Shown piece by piece: positions 52,562 through 62,993 of a stretch of DNA of 64,000 nt. Positions within the stretch are counted from its first letter, which is position 1, and each line of letters opens with the position of its first letter. Position numbers and translations under genes: made by a program. The notes beneath the pieces are model-generated. The model searched no databases, had not been told where the DNA came from, and saw nothing but the letters and a program-made list of their open reading frames with translations. The stretch is from Spirochaetia bacterium (GTDB lineage: Bacteria; Spirochaetota; Spirochaetia; DSM-2461): the NCBI GenBank assembly GCA_963668315.1, contig OY764216.1:5120001-5184000 (forward strand), read 5' to 3'.

Positions 52562-52984
52562 ATGACAGAAGAAAAAAACCTTCTAGAAAAATCCGGCATA
52601 AGGCCGACACAGCAAAGACTGGCTGTTTACCACTATTTGCGAACTCACAAAAATCATCCCACCGTGGAAACGATTTACTCACAATTGCATCCCCAGATGC
52701 CCACTCTTTCCAAAACAACCCTCTATAACACTCTGAAACTCCTTTCTCAGAATCATCTCGCCCTCTCCCTGACAATCGACGGAGACGAAGTGCGCTTTGA
52801 CGGAGATACAAGGGACCACGGCCACTGCAAATGCCGTCTGTGCGGAGAAGTATTCGATTTCCCCCTTCGCGGAGGAGAAGCCGGCATACTGCCCGTCGGA
52901 TTCACCGCTGAAAATACCCATGTGTATGTCTGGGGAATTTGCGACGGCTGCAGGAAGAATCAGGACAGCTCCGCCAAATCGTGA
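52562..52984 (+). CDS. perR: Fur-family regulator, PerR-like
   Basis: T.QR, HPT, TLYNTL, H.H..C..CG, G.C..C. Confidence 0.82.
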   Translation: MTEEKNLLEKSGIRPTQQRLAVYHYLRTHKNHPTVETIYSQLHPQMPTLSKTTLYNTLKLLSQNHLALSLTIDGDEVRFDGDTRDHGHCKCRLCGEVFDFPLRGGEAGILPVGFTAENTHVYVWGICDGCRKNQDSSAKS

Positions 52985-53035
52985 TATACTCAGGCAAGGC
53001 AGCTCCGGCTGTCATTCCCCCTGAGGAGACCGGAT

Positions 53036-53521
53036 TTGATCGGATCGGCAGAAGCAAAAGAACTCATAAAATCGATTTTAAATGACGACAGAAGATACGC
53101 CCATTCCCTGGAAGTGGCGTCTAAAATGGCATCTTTGGCCCGGTATTGGAAGGAATCGGAAGAGCTCTGGTATCTGACGGGCCTTCTCCATGACATTGAT
53201 TTGCCGGAGACCATCGACTGCCTGGAAAAACACGGCCTTCTGGCCGCGGAAAAACTGCAGGGGCTCTTACCGGAAGAGGGAATCCGGGCAATTATGGCCC
53301 ATGACTTCCGAACGGAGCCGGTACCGGATACAATACTGGCCCGCTCCCTTGTCTTTGCCGATATGCTGGAAATCATGGAACATACCGCCGGGAAAGAATC
53401 CGTCCAGCTCTGCCGTGAAAGAGGAGCCTGGGAGAGTCTCCTTCAGACCTTCCCGGGCAAGGATTTCCACATCGGGACAATCAGGGATTATTACGAAAAA
53501 CACAGAGCCGTTCCCGTCTGA
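53036..53521 (+). CDS. HD domain protein
   Basis: HSLEVA, GLLHDID, AI.AH, D. Confidence 0.85.
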   Translation: MIGSAEAKELIKSILNDDRRYAHSLEVASKMASLARYWKESEELWYLTGLLHDIDLPETIDCLEKHGLLAAEKLQGLLPEEGIRAIMAHDFRTEPVPDTILARSLVFADMLEIMEHTAGKESVQLCRERGAWESLLQTFPGKDFHIGTIRDYYEKHRAVPV

Positions 53522-53618
53522 GGATAATATTCGTGACCTTTCGTGAAACCTATGGCCGAATTGGTTGAATCATGGTAAAATGCCTTAAAAAAATGAGAGC
53601 AAATAAGGGGTATTCACT

Positions 53619-54422
53619 ATGATCGGCTTTATAGGTACGGGAAACATGGGTTCGGCTATGATCGGCGGTATTATCAAGAGCGGGCTCCGCCCCGCCTCGG
53701 AAATTCTTGTCAGCGACGCGTCCACAGAGGCTTTGCAGAAGGTAAAAGACGCTTTTCCCGGCATTGGCACCACCACCGATAATAAGGAAGTCGTCAGCAA
53801 GGCGGACATTTTTGTTCTTTCCGTCAAACCCCATATATACGAGCCGGTTCTCAAGGAAACGGCCGATTCCATTCCCGAGGGAACACTCATCGTCACCATC
53901 GCGGCGGGAGTTACCCTGGACAGGATGACTCAATGGCTTGGCAAGGGACGGAAGATCGTTCGCACCATGCCCAATACCCCGGCCCTGGTGGGCGAAGGAA
54001 TGACGGCGCTCTGCCCCAATGCCAACGTCACAGAGGATGAACTGAACAAAGTAAAGGAGATCTTCTCCTCCTTCGGAAAATGTGAAATTCTGCCCGAAAG
54101 CCAGATAAACGGCTTTACATCCCTCTGCGGCTCCAGCCCCGCCTGGGTATTCATGCTCATTGAAGCCATGGCGGACGGAGCGGTTCTCGAAGGGATTCCC
54201 CGGGCAAAAGCCTACCCCATGGCAGCCCAGGCCGTTCTGGGTTCGGCCAAAATGGTACTGGATACGGGCCGACATCCGGGAGACCTCAAGGATATGGTCT
54301 GCTCTCCCGGCGGTACGACCATAGAAGCTGTTTCCGAACTGGAGAGCCATGGTTTCCGTTCCGCCCTTATCGAAGCCGTCAGAGTGTGCACGAATAAGGC
54401 CGACTTCCTGGCAGGGGACTGA
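53619..54422 (+). CDS. proC: Pyrroline-5-carboxylate reductase
   Basis: IGFIGTGNMG, R.MPNTP, GSSPA, VCSPGGTT. Confidence 0.96.
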   Translation: MIGFIGTGNMGSAMIGGIIKSGLRPASEILVSDASTEALQKVKDAFPGIGTTTDNKEVVSKADIFVLSVKPHIYEPVLKETADSIPEGTLIVTIAAGVTLDRMTQWLGKGRKIVRTMPNTPALVGEGMTALCPNANVTEDELNKVKEIFSSFGKCEILPESQINGFTSLCGSSPAWVFMLIEAMADGAVLEGIPRAKAYPMAAQAVLGSAKMVLDTGRHPGDLKDMVCSPGGTTIEAVSELESHGFRSALIEAVRVCTNKADFLAGD

Positions 54423-54423
54423 G

Positions 54424-56694
54424 ATGAAGCATCGAGACAGCCGTAAAATCGACCTCATCTGCAGCATAGCGGAACTTTCCAGTCTGTTTCATGGCGAGAA
54501 GGGAACGAAGCGTTTTCTCATAAAAGTTGTGAAAACCGTATCCCGCCACATGAAATCGGATGTCTGTTCCATCTATCTCTATGAGGAAGCCCGAAAACAG
54601 CTCAACCTTGTCGCCACGGAAGGATTGAACCGGGAATTGACAGACCACCTTGCCCTCAAACTGGGCGAAGGTCTCGTCGGTACGGCTATGAAAGAGATGC
54701 GCACCATCCTCGAAGCGGACGGAACCCTCCATCCCCGCTTCAAGAAAATAGACAACAGCTTCGAAGAGAATTTCAAAGCCTTTCTTGCCGTTCCCATCAC
54801 GAGGGGGCTGAACCGTATCGGGGTTCTTGTGCTCCAGCACAGCCACAAGGGGTATTTTGACAGCACCGATGCCCGTGCCCTGGAAGCTATCGCGGGTCAG
54901 CTGGCCGCTACCCTGGAAAATGCCCGGCTTCTGATGGATATTTCGCGCAAGGAAAAGCAGAATATCATTTTGAAAGAGACGGAGAGCCGTTTTTTCAAGG
55001 GTAAAAAAGTTGTGGAAGGCGTCGCTCTGGGGCAGATCTGCTATATGGATGACAGCCATAAAGCCGGCTCCCTTTCCGAGGAGGATCAGAAATTCTACAG
55101 AGACGGCCCCGAAGCCTTTGAAGAAGCCCTCAAGACAGCCGAACAGCAGCTCCTGACCCTGCAGGAACGGATGGATGAAGAGCTTTCCGACATCGCGTCC
55201 ATGATCTTCTCGGCCCACCTCCTTATGCTTCAGGACGAAGCATTCTCCGGGCAGATGGCCAAGCAGATAGAAGAGGGAACCCCGGCCTGCCTCGCCGTGG
55301 AGAGCGTTGTGAACAGCTATGTGGAAATCTTCTCGTCCAGCGACAACAGCCGGCTCCAGGAGAAAGTACAGGACGTAAGAGACCTGGGACACAGACTTCT
55401 CAGAAATCTCTCCCTCCGGGAACAGCCCGCGGGCAACTACCGGAACCAGATAATCATAGCCGGAGAACTCCTCCCCTCGGAACTGTTAAAACTGACGGCC
55501 CAGAAGGCGGAAGGCATCGTACTCATGGGAGGCGGGGCCTCGGCCCATATTTCCATACTGGCGAAATCTCTCGGCGTTCCCCTCATCTATATGGAAGACG
55601 AGGACGTTCTCAAACTTCCCGAAAACACCGAGACTATTCTTGACGCCAATCAGGGCAACCTGATCGTCCTGCCCGATGATGAGACGAAAGACCATTATGA
55701 GAAGGTTTCCCAGACAGCCCGTGAGATAAAAAAACTGGGAGAAACGGTAAAAGAACAGACCCATACGGCCGACGGAGAAAGAGTCTATCTTCGCGCCGCC
55801 GTCAATCTGCTCAACGACGTAAAAGCCGCCCGGGAGCTGAAAGCGGAGGGAGTGGGCCTTTACAGAAGTGAATTCCCCTTTCTTATCCGGAGTGATTTTC
55901 CTTCGGAAGAGGAACAGTACCGGGTCTATAAGCAGGTATTCGAAGGGATGGAAGGCAATCCGGTAACCCTGCGGACCCTGGACGTGGGGGGCGACAAGAT
56001 CCTCTCCTATATGCCGGAAAACCAGGGGGACAATCCCTTTCTGGGCCTCAGAGCCATCCGTTTTTTACTGCAGAACAAGAAGGTGTTCGTCGGGCAGCTG
56101 AAAGCCATGCTGCGGGCCGGCGAAGGCCACGACCTGCGCATCATGTTTCCCCTGATCTCTTCGGTGGACGACTACAGAGCCGCCGTGCGAATGGTAAAGA
56201 AGAGCATGGAGTTCCTGGACAGGGACGGCATGACATATAACAGGAATCCCAAGCTGGGCATCATGGTGGAGCTGCCCTCGGCGGTTATGCTGATCGACCA
56301 GCTGACGGCCGAATCGGATTTTCTCTCCATCGGCACCAATGACCTGGTTCAGTACCTCTTAGGAGTGGACAGGACAAACTCCAGCGTCGCCTCATTCTAT
56401 CAGGGCGAACATCCGGCGGTTCTGAAAGCCATTAAGACGATTGTGGAAGGGGCGGTTAAAAATAACTGCACCTATTCTGTCTGCGGGAACCTGACCAACG
56501 ATAAAAACCTCATCTATTTCTTTCTGGGGGTAGGAATCAAATCCTTCAGTATCGAACCGCACCGTATTCCCGTACTTCAGGAGTTCATCGCCAAGGTTGA
56601 CCTGAAAAAGGCCGAGAGGGATTGTGAAAAGATCCTCAGCCTCTCCACGGTGGAAGAGGTGAAGGATTATATGGCCGGGGCGATACCCGACTAG
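54424..56694 (+). CDS. ptsP: GAF-containing phosphoenolpyruvate-protein phosphotransferase (EI-Ntr)
   Basis: N-terminal GAF; SAHISILA phospho-His; GLYRSEF; SIGTNDL.QY. Confidence 0.93.
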   Translation: MKHRDSRKIDLICSIAELSSLFHGEKGTKRFLIKVVKTVSRHMKSDVCSIYLYEEARKQLNLVATEGLNRELTDHLALKLGEGLVGTAMKEMRTILEADGTLHPRFKKIDNSFEENFKAFLAVPITRGLNRIGVLVLQHSHKGYFDSTDARALEAIAGQLAATLENARLLMDISRKEKQNIILKETESRFFKGKKVVEGVALGQICYMDDSHKAGSLSEEDQKFYRDGPEAFEEALKTAEQQLLTLQERMDEELSDIASMIFSAHLLMLQDEAFSGQMAKQIEEGTPACLAVESVVNSYVEIFSSSDNSRLQEKVQDVRDLGHRLLRNLSLREQPAGNYRNQIIIAGELLPSELLKLTAQKAEGIVLMGGGASAHISILAKSLGVPLIYMEDEDVLKLPENTETILDANQGNLIVLPDDETKDHYEKVSQTAREIKKLGETVKEQTHTADGERVYLRAAVNLLNDVKAARELKAEGVGLYRSEFPFLIRSDFPSEEEQYRVYKQVFEGMEGNPVTLRTLDVGGDKILSYMPENQGDNPFLGLRAIRFLLQNKKVFVGQLKAMLRAGEGHDLRIMFPLISSVDDYRAAVRMVKKSMEFLDRDGMTYNRNPKLGIMVELPSAVMLIDQLTAESDFLSIGTNDLVQYLLGVDRTNSSVASFYQGEHPAVLKAIKTIVEGAVKNNCTYSVCGNLTNDKNLIYFFLGVGIKSFSIEPHRIPVLQEFIAKVDLKKAERDCEKILSLSTVEEVKDYMAGAIPD

Positions 56695-57185
56695 AATACG
56701 TACCGGACGCCCAGGCTGACCGGTATGCCCCAGGGATTGTCGCTGTCCCCCAGATTGATGGCCAGTCCCGATTCCAGATAGAGATTCAGACTGAAATCGA
56801 AGGTATACTCCATTCGGGCTTTGCCCCCCAGGCTGAGAACCGTATCATGGGGTCCGAGCGCCACATTGACGAAGGGCCCGACGGTAACGGGAAAGATTTC
56901 TGTCCCTATTTCCACATCGATGAGGGAGAACATGGCGCTTCCGCCGAGACAGAAGGCGTTGTAGTTCAGAGATCCGAGAAAAAGATCAGCTTCCAGACTC
57001 CGGGATACCTGCCATCCCCCTACCAGACCGAATTCGGGATAGCCGAGGGAAACACCCAGCTTGAGTTTATCCTTTCCCGCCTCGTTGAGATCCAGGACTT
57101 TCACATCCTTCTCTTCACTCTGCGCAAATAACGAAGCTCCAGCTAAAATCAGCAACACTGCCATTATGGTAAAATGTCTTTTCAT
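56691..57185 (-). CDS. Putative small outer-membrane beta-barrel protein
   Basis: Signal peptide; alternating beta-strands; C-terminal LGVRYVF. Confidence 0.65.
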   Translation of the reverse strand: MKRHFTIMAVLLILAGASLFAQSEEKDVKVLDLNEAGKDKLKLGVSLGYPEFGLVGGWQVSRSLEADLFLGSLNYNAFCLGGSAMFSLIDVEIGTEIFPVTVGPFVNVALGPHDTVLSLGGKARMEYTFDFSLNLYLESGLAINLGDSDNPWGIPVSLGVRYVF

Positions 57186-57228
57186 GGATTAACTCTACTT
57201 CTCTTTTTCGTAAATTGCAACTGTCTTT

Positions 57229-58515
57229 TTAAAGCTGTTTCAGGTAATCCGTGCGGGTAACGATCCCCACAACTTTTCCGTCGGAGACGACCGGAACATG
57301 GCCGACATTATAATCGAGGAACAGCCTTTCCAGATCGCGCAGGCTTGTTTCGGGATTTGCCGTATAGAGCTTATGGGTCATATAGCCCCTGACGGATGCC
57401 TTCATCTGCCCGGAGACGCGGGCCTTGCTGATATCCCTCAGGGTGATAAATCCCACCAGCTGCCCTTCGCTGTCGACGACGGGAACGCCCGTATGATCTA
57501 TCTCCTCCAAAAACAGGGAAGACTCCAGAACGGAGTAACTGTCGGGGATAACCATGACATCCCGCGTCATGATGTCCGCCACACTGTGGGCCGGAACAAG
57601 GATTTCCTTCAAATGGAGCCGCAGAGTATTAACGAAATCAAACTCCACCAGCTCCTTGAGCGTTGCGGACGCCGCCCCGGAATGGCCGCCGCCTCCCCAG
57701 TTCTTCATGATCTCCGCCATATCGATGGCATCATGCTGACTCCTTCCTATGATCAAAGTCCGGTTCCTCTTTTCCATGGAGAAAACGGCGAACATGGCAT
57801 CGGCATTCTCCACTTCGAAGACCTTCTGCACCACCTCGGAAAGGCCGCCGACCTGATCCTCCAGATGAATATGGCAGAAGAGCATGGAATAGCCGTGTAT
57901 GTTCCTGAAACTGATACTGTTGAGAACCTGGTGGAAAATATCAATCTGGACATCCTGATGCCAGACCTTGAGGAACTGCTTCACCATCTTGATGCTGGCT
58001 CCCTGGTTCATCAGCCAGCGGGCGGCTTCGAAATCACGGGAGGTGACATTTTCATGGGTGAAACTGCCCGTATCGGAGAAAATCCCCGTCAGGGCGATGG
58101 TCGCGGCATCATGGGGAACGGAGATATCCCGTTTCATGAGCTCTTCGGCCACAAGGGTCGTATTGGAGCCGTAGGGGGCCTCGTGAAGAACGGCTCCGGG
58201 TATGTCGCACTCGTTGCCGATATGGTGATCAAACACCTCGACATCGGCATTGAAAGGCTTTATATAATCCATGTATTCCCGGATTTTTCCCACATTGCGC
58301 GTGTCGAAAACCACCATTTTCTCCACGTCCTCCCCTTTCAGCTCCCGGGAGGGCATAAAGCCCAGATGATCATTATAAAGGGAGTACAGCCCCTTGGCCA
58401 TGGGATGGATCAGACGGCTTTTCACCGGTATATACCGGGGATACAGATAGCGCGCCAGAGCGAGCGAACCGAAACAGTCCAGATCCATATTGGCATGACC
58501 CACCAGAATTTTCAC
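57229..58515 (-). CDS. DHH/DHHA1 phosphoesterase with a CBS pair
   Basis: H...D.DC, FDHH, DTGSF, GGGGH..AAS, two CBS domains; GTGA overlap with mazG. Confidence 0.85.
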   Translation of the reverse strand: MKILVGHANMDLDCFGSLALARYLYPRYIPVKSRLIHPMAKGLYSLYNDHLGFMPSRELKGEDVEKMVVFDTRNVGKIREYMDYIKPFNADVEVFDHHIGNECDIPGAVLHEAPYGSNTTLVAEELMKRDISVPHDAATIALTGIFSDTGSFTHENVTSRDFEAARWLMNQGASIKMVKQFLKVWHQDVQIDIFHQVLNSISFRNIHGYSMLFCHIHLEDQVGGLSEVVQKVFEVENADAMFAVFSMEKRNRTLIIGRSQHDAIDMAEIMKNWGGGGHSGAASATLKELVEFDFVNTLRLHLKEILVPAHSVADIMTRDVMVIPDSYSVLESSLFLEEIDHTGVPVVDSEGQLVGFITLRDISKARVSGQMKASVRGYMTHKLYTANPETSLRDLERLFLDYNVGHVPVVSDGKVVGIVTRTDYLKQL

Positions 58516-59294
58516 CGGCAGGATTCCTTCTCTTTGGCCTTGTCCCAAAGGGCATCGAGCTCTTCCAGAGTACAGCTGTGCATATCTCGTCCCTCTTTCC
58601 GGGCGGTTCTCTCCACCTCCCGGAAACGCCTTTCGAATTTTGAAGTGGCCATGCGCAGGGAGTCCTCCGCGTCAAAGTCCATCTTACGGGAAAGATTTAC
58701 CAGGGAGAAAAGGATATCACCGAATTCCTCCATGGCCGCCTGCCGGTCATTCTTATCAATTTCCCGGGAGAACTCTTCTATCTCCTCATGTATCTTCTGG
58801 ATGGGTCCTTCCGTATCGGGCCAGTCAAAACCGACGCGGGCGGCTTTTTTCTGGATTTTGGAAGCCCTGTACAGACCGGGGAGACTCAGGGGGATGCCGT
58901 CCAGAATCGATTCAAGGTCTTTTTTATCCTTTTCCTCTTTCTTGATAGCTTCCCAGTTCTTAAGGACCTCACCCGTACCGCTGACTTCGGCATCGCCGAA
59001 GACATGGGGATGGCGGCGGATCATCTTGGCGGAAAGATGGTCAATGACATCCTCTATGGTAAAGGTCCCCTTCTCCTTTCCAATCTGGGCGTGAAGAAGT
59101 ACCTGAAGCAGAAGATCGCCCAGTTCATCGGCAATTCTCTCCGGATTCCCGCCGTCCACAGCTTCGGCCACCTCATGGGCTTCCTCTATGGCATAGGGCT
59201 TGAGAGACTCATGGGTCTGCTCCCGGTCCCAGGGACACCCCTCGGGAGAACGCAGTCTGGCGATTATATCTAAGAGCTCATTGAATTTATCCAT
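58512..59294 (-). CDS. mazG: Nucleoside triphosphate pyrophosphohydrolase MazG
   Basis: LRSPEGCPWDREQT, ELGDLLLQV, RRHPHVF, GFDW. Confidence 0.96.
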   Translation of the reverse strand: MDKFNELLDIIARLRSPEGCPWDREQTHESLKPYAIEEAHEVAEAVDGGNPERIADELGDLLLQVLLHAQIGKEKGTFTIEDVIDHLSAKMIRRHPHVFGDAEVSGTGEVLKNWEAIKKEEKDKKDLESILDGIPLSLPGLYRASKIQKKAARVGFDWPDTEGPIQKIHEEIEEFSREIDKNDRQAAMEEFGDILFSLVNLSRKMDFDAEDSLRMATSKFERRFREVERTARKEGRDMHSCTLEELDALWDKAKEKESCR

Positions 59295-59299
59295 ATGTA

Positions 59300-60244
59300 T
59301 TATATATCATACTCATCCATGAGATGATAGACCTTATCAAGGGAACAGGCCAAACCTTTTCTTCTGAAGAGCTCTATGGTTTCATCGGTGATCTGCCGCC
59401 CTTCGTCAACCCGTCCCTGGGCGAAGAGGAATTTGATGTATCCCAGGGGAATATCCTCGGTAAAATAGGTATCCCCGTTATTCTCGTAGGCTAATCTGTA
59501 ATATTCATCGGCTTTGGCGGTATCCCCTTTTCTTTCATAAACCATGGCATAGTTGTAATGAAGGGGAGGATACATGTATTCGATATGCTTATCGCGGGTA
59601 TAGGAGAGGGCGGAATCCAGAAAATCCACCGCCTTTTCATACTGTCCCAGGAGAATGTAGAGATAAGCGAGATTGTCCATGATTTTCAGAGCGGGAAAGG
59701 GGTTTTTCTCCGGGTTGATTATGGCGAAAGCCTCGAGCAGAAGGGATTCTCCCTTCCGGTATTCCCCGTTTTTCAGGTGGTAGCCGGACAGATTGTTGAG
59801 CATCTGGCAGATAAAATCGTCATCCCTCAGACGCCGGGCCAGCTCGAGGGACTTCTCGAAATACTCAATCGCCAGATCGTCATCCCCTGTAAAATGGTAA
59901 TAGAGGCCGTGGGCATGATAAAAGTACATATGGTCCCGGGAATTAATATACCTGGTCCAGTCGATCTGGGAGGCCTTTTCCAGATAGGACTTCCCCAGAG
60001 GGTAGTAGGAATTCATGAGATAGTAGAAGGCCAGATGTATATAGAGTGAAAAAAGGCCCTTCTCATAATTCTCCTGTCGACAGAGGGGCAGCGTTTTCTT
60101 GATCCAATGCTCCACATCCTCGGAGAGAGTGGAGCGTACATCAACGATAAAAACTATAATCCGGTCTATTTTTTCCCGGTTATCCTGCAATCTGTCCAGT
60201 TCATTAATCAGTTTCCGTTCATGAGACAGATAATATTCATCCAT
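59300..60244 (-). CDS. Tetratricopeptide repeat protein
   Basis: AIEYFEKSLE, NLAYLY...GQYEKA repeats. Confidence 0.82.
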   Translation of the reverse strand: MDEYYLSHERKLINELDRLQDNREKIDRIIVFIVDVRSTLSEDVEHWIKKTLPLCRQENYEKGLFSLYIHLAFYYLMNSYYPLGKSYLEKASQIDWTRYINSRDHMYFYHAHGLYYHFTGDDDLAIEYFEKSLELARRLRDDDFICQMLNNLSGYHLKNGEYRKGESLLLEAFAIINPEKNPFPALKIMDNLAYLYILLGQYEKAVDFLDSALSYTRDKHIEYMYPPLHYNYAMVYERKGDTAKADEYYRLAYENNGDTYFTEDIPLGYIKFLFAQGRVDEGRQITDETIELFRRKGLACSLDKVYHLMDEYDI

Positions 60245-60272
60245 AAGAAATAATATAGTCCTAAAAGGTTTA

Positions 60273-61517
60273 CTAATCCATCTGATCTGTCATTTTTTTG
60301 GGAAGTTCTTTGGAAGGCGCGGCTCCCAGCTCACGGAGCTCTTCGGCTCTCCGAATAAGGTTCCCCCTTCCCCGGACGAGTTTGCTGCCCGCCTCTTCAC
60401 TGGCTTTCCTGGCCATATCCAGAGCCCTGTCCACTTTTTCCAGATCGGCGGTGAAGCTCACAAACTTATCATAAAGCTGGCCCGCCTTCCGGGCTATCTC
60501 ACGGGCATTGCGGTTCTGCGCTTCAAACCGCCAGCTGCTCTCAACCGTTTTCAGCGTGGCAAACAGAGTGGTGGGGCTGACGATGACGATTCTCTTTTCA
60601 AAAGCCTCGGTAAAAAGGGAGTTGTCCCCCTGAATCGCCAGGGAAAAAGCCCCCTCTATGGGAATGAACATAAGGACCAGATCGATGGTGCTGACTCCGG
60701 GGAGACGGCTGTAGTCCTTTCCCTCCAGCTCCCGGACATGGGAGCGGACCGACTGCACATGGGCTTTTATGGCCTCGTCCCTCTCAAAATCGCTGAGAGC
60801 ATTAACCGCCGTGTCGTAGGCATTAAGGGATACTTTGGCGTCGATGATAATGTCCCTGCCGCCGGGCAGATGGACGATACCGTCCGGGCGGAAGCGGCGT
60901 CCTTCGTCGTCGTCAAAACTCCGCTGCGTTTCGAACTGCTCCCCCCTTCGCAGGCCGGACCGTTCCAGCACCGACTCCATAACCATCTCACCCCAGGCTC
61001 CCTGCGTCTGAGACTGACCTTTCAAGGCCCTTGTAAGGTTCTGCGCTTCCTCGCCTACCTGCTGATTGAGACGGGTGAGCTGTTCGATCTGCGTTCTGAG
61101 ACGGGAGGAATCCTCCACGTTGCGGGTGTAGGTCTTCTCCACCTGCTTCTGGAAATTCTCGATACGGGTATTGAACGGCTGGAGGAGAGCATTGAGTTTT
61201 TCGCTGTTGAGCGTGGTGAAGGAGCGGCTCTTCTCCTCGAATATCCGATTGGCCGCCACTTCAAACTGGCGCGTCATATCCTCCCTTGAGGTTTTTATAA
61301 AGGCTTCCCGTTCCTCCCGGGACCGGACTTCCACGGCCAGCCGGATATCAAGGGAAGCCTTCTCTTTCTCAAGAGCCGCCACCCGGGCTTCCAGGGAGGC
61401 ATTGCTCTCTTCAAGCTCCGCTTTCCGCCGCTCGACCCGCCGTTTTCCCGCGCCCGCGGCCAGAGCGCCCAGAGCAGCTCCGGCCAAAAGGAAGATAAAG
61501 GGTAAGATATTGTCCAT
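60273..61517 (-). CDS. rmuC: DNA recombination protein RmuC
   Basis: QGAWGE, RPD, IDAK, LMFIP.E, SPTTL. Confidence 0.94.
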   Translation of the reverse strand: MDNILPFIFLLAGAALGALAAGAGKRRVERRKAELEESNASLEARVAALEKEKASLDIRLAVEVRSREEREAFIKTSREDMTRQFEVAANRIFEEKSRSFTTLNSEKLNALLQPFNTRIENFQKQVEKTYTRNVEDSSRLRTQIEQLTRLNQQVGEEAQNLTRALKGQSQTQGAWGEMVMESVLERSGLRRGEQFETQRSFDDDEGRRFRPDGIVHLPGGRDIIIDAKVSLNAYDTAVNALSDFERDEAIKAHVQSVRSHVRELEGKDYSRLPGVSTIDLVLMFIPIEGAFSLAIQGDNSLFTEAFEKRIVIVSPTTLFATLKTVESSWRFEAQNRNAREIARKAGQLYDKFVSFTADLEKVDRALDMARKASEEAGSKLVRGRGNLIRRAEELRELGAAPSKELPKKMTDQMD

Positions 61518-61526
61518 AGGGGACTA

Positions 61527-62171
61527 TTATAGTTCCACCACCTCGTTGATTTCAAGCACGTAGGGTTTTATGGTTTCCTCCATCTCTTCGACCGTGATAT
61601 CCCTCGCTTTAATGACGATGAGCTCCTTGGTCATATCATCTCCCCTGGTGCTGCAGAAAGCCAGAATGTCTGCGCCCTTTTCATAGAGGGCACGGGAAAG
61701 ATTGGCCAATTCCCCCTTTTCCTGAGGACAGACGGCCGTGGCTCTGATGCCCTTCTGATGGGCTGAGAAAATCTCCAGGAAAACACTCAGCAGATCCGAC
61801 TCTGTAATAATGCCCACAAGCAGATTGCCCTCGAGAACACAGACTCCGCTCACGTCCTTCTCCTGGATGATCCGTGCCGCGTCTTCCACATGCATATCCG
61901 CCGTGACTGTCAGGGGGTCCTTTTCCATGACATCGGCGACTTTCATCTTGGCGAACAGAGTATGAATCTCAAATACATCAAGGGTCGTACAGTTGGAAGG
62001 AGAAGCGTAAAGAACATCTTTCTCGGTTATAACGCCCGCCAGCCTTCCCTTGCCGTCAACCACGGGGACGATGTCCACTTTTTCCCTTTTGATCAGATCC
62101 CGGGCGTCGGCCAGAGGCGTATCCGGAGTTACGGTATAAGGGTTCTTTGTCATTCTGTTTTTTACTAACAT
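61527..62171 (-). CDS. CBS plus ACT domain protein (AcuB-like)
   Basis: Two CBS domains (GIITESD); C-terminal ACT-like domain; GGAGG RBS. Confidence 0.85.
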   Translation of the reverse strand: MLVKNRMTKNPYTVTPDTPLADARDLIKREKVDIVPVVDGKGRLAGVITEKDVLYASPSNCTTLDVFEIHTLFAKMKVADVMEKDPLTVTADMHVEDAARIIQEKDVSGVCVLEGNLLVGIITESDLLSVFLEIFSAHQKGIRATAVCPQEKGELANLSRALYEKGADILAFCSTRGDDMTKELIVIKARDITVEEMEETIKPYVLEINEVVEL

Positions 62172-62243
62172 GATTTCCTCCCTGCATTAATAAACGGGCG
62201 TAGCCCTACATTAAATATAATACCGGAAAGAGATGGGCGCAAC

Positions 62244-62867
62244 TTAATTTCTTATAAGGATATCCGCTCCGTCATGAACACCCCAGAGCCACTGCTCCCT
62301 GTCGGCAATAAGGGAGGCGGAAAGAAGAGCTTCGTTGTAGGTTATCAGATCTATCCAGGGTTCGAAAACATTTTCGGCGCGGTGGATGCGTATGACCCAG
62401 TTCGATTCGTAACGGGATTTCACAGGTTCCAGCCACTCGGGCCACTCCTCATAGTAACCCTCAATTTCACGATAGAGGTCACTCCCCGGCTTTTCCAGAG
62501 TGAATGTAATGTCTACGCCGCCGGCCCGGTAGCGGTACCGCCCGTCCCGGATGGTCACGTCAGGGGAATAGGCTCCGCCGTCGAGACGTTTTTTCTTGGA
62601 ATCGGAAAAAACAAGGGGTGTCAGAAACCCCTCATCACCGCCGCCTTCGAGCAGCCCCTTCTCTACGGGGAGGGTACGGTAGAGGCCGAACCTGTCAAGG
62701 CGGACGCTCCGTACGACACTGCGGGAAACGGATCGGCCGTATGCCGAATCGGAAGCATCGTCATAGACGGAAACAAAGGGACCATCCAGGGCCGCGAGAT
62801 AGGCACAGGGCCATAGGAGAGCAAATACCAGGACCATTCCCGCCCGGCGATGGGGTAATCTGATCAT
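62244..62867 (-). CDS. Hypothetical exported protein
   Basis: AAGGAG RBS; signal peptide. Confidence 0.6.
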   Translation of the reverse strand: MIRLPHRRAGMVLVFALLWPCAYLAALDGPFVSVYDDASDSAYGRSVSRSVVRSVRLDRFGLYRTLPVEKGLLEGGGDEGFLTPLVFSDSKKKRLDGGAYSPDVTIRDGRYRYRAGGVDITFTLEKPGSDLYREIEGYYEEWPEWLEPVKSRYESNWVIRIHRAENVFEPWIDLITYNEALLSASLIADREQWLWGVHDGADILIRN

Positions 62868-62993
62868 AACCGGCTCCTTCCCGGCGGCTTCCGTAAAAGC
62901 CGTCTATCGTTCCGCTATGAATATTATAGCACGACCGGAGTGAATCCGACCGGCGAAAGAAGCGGATAATGCTTCAAATCACCGCCCAAAAAG

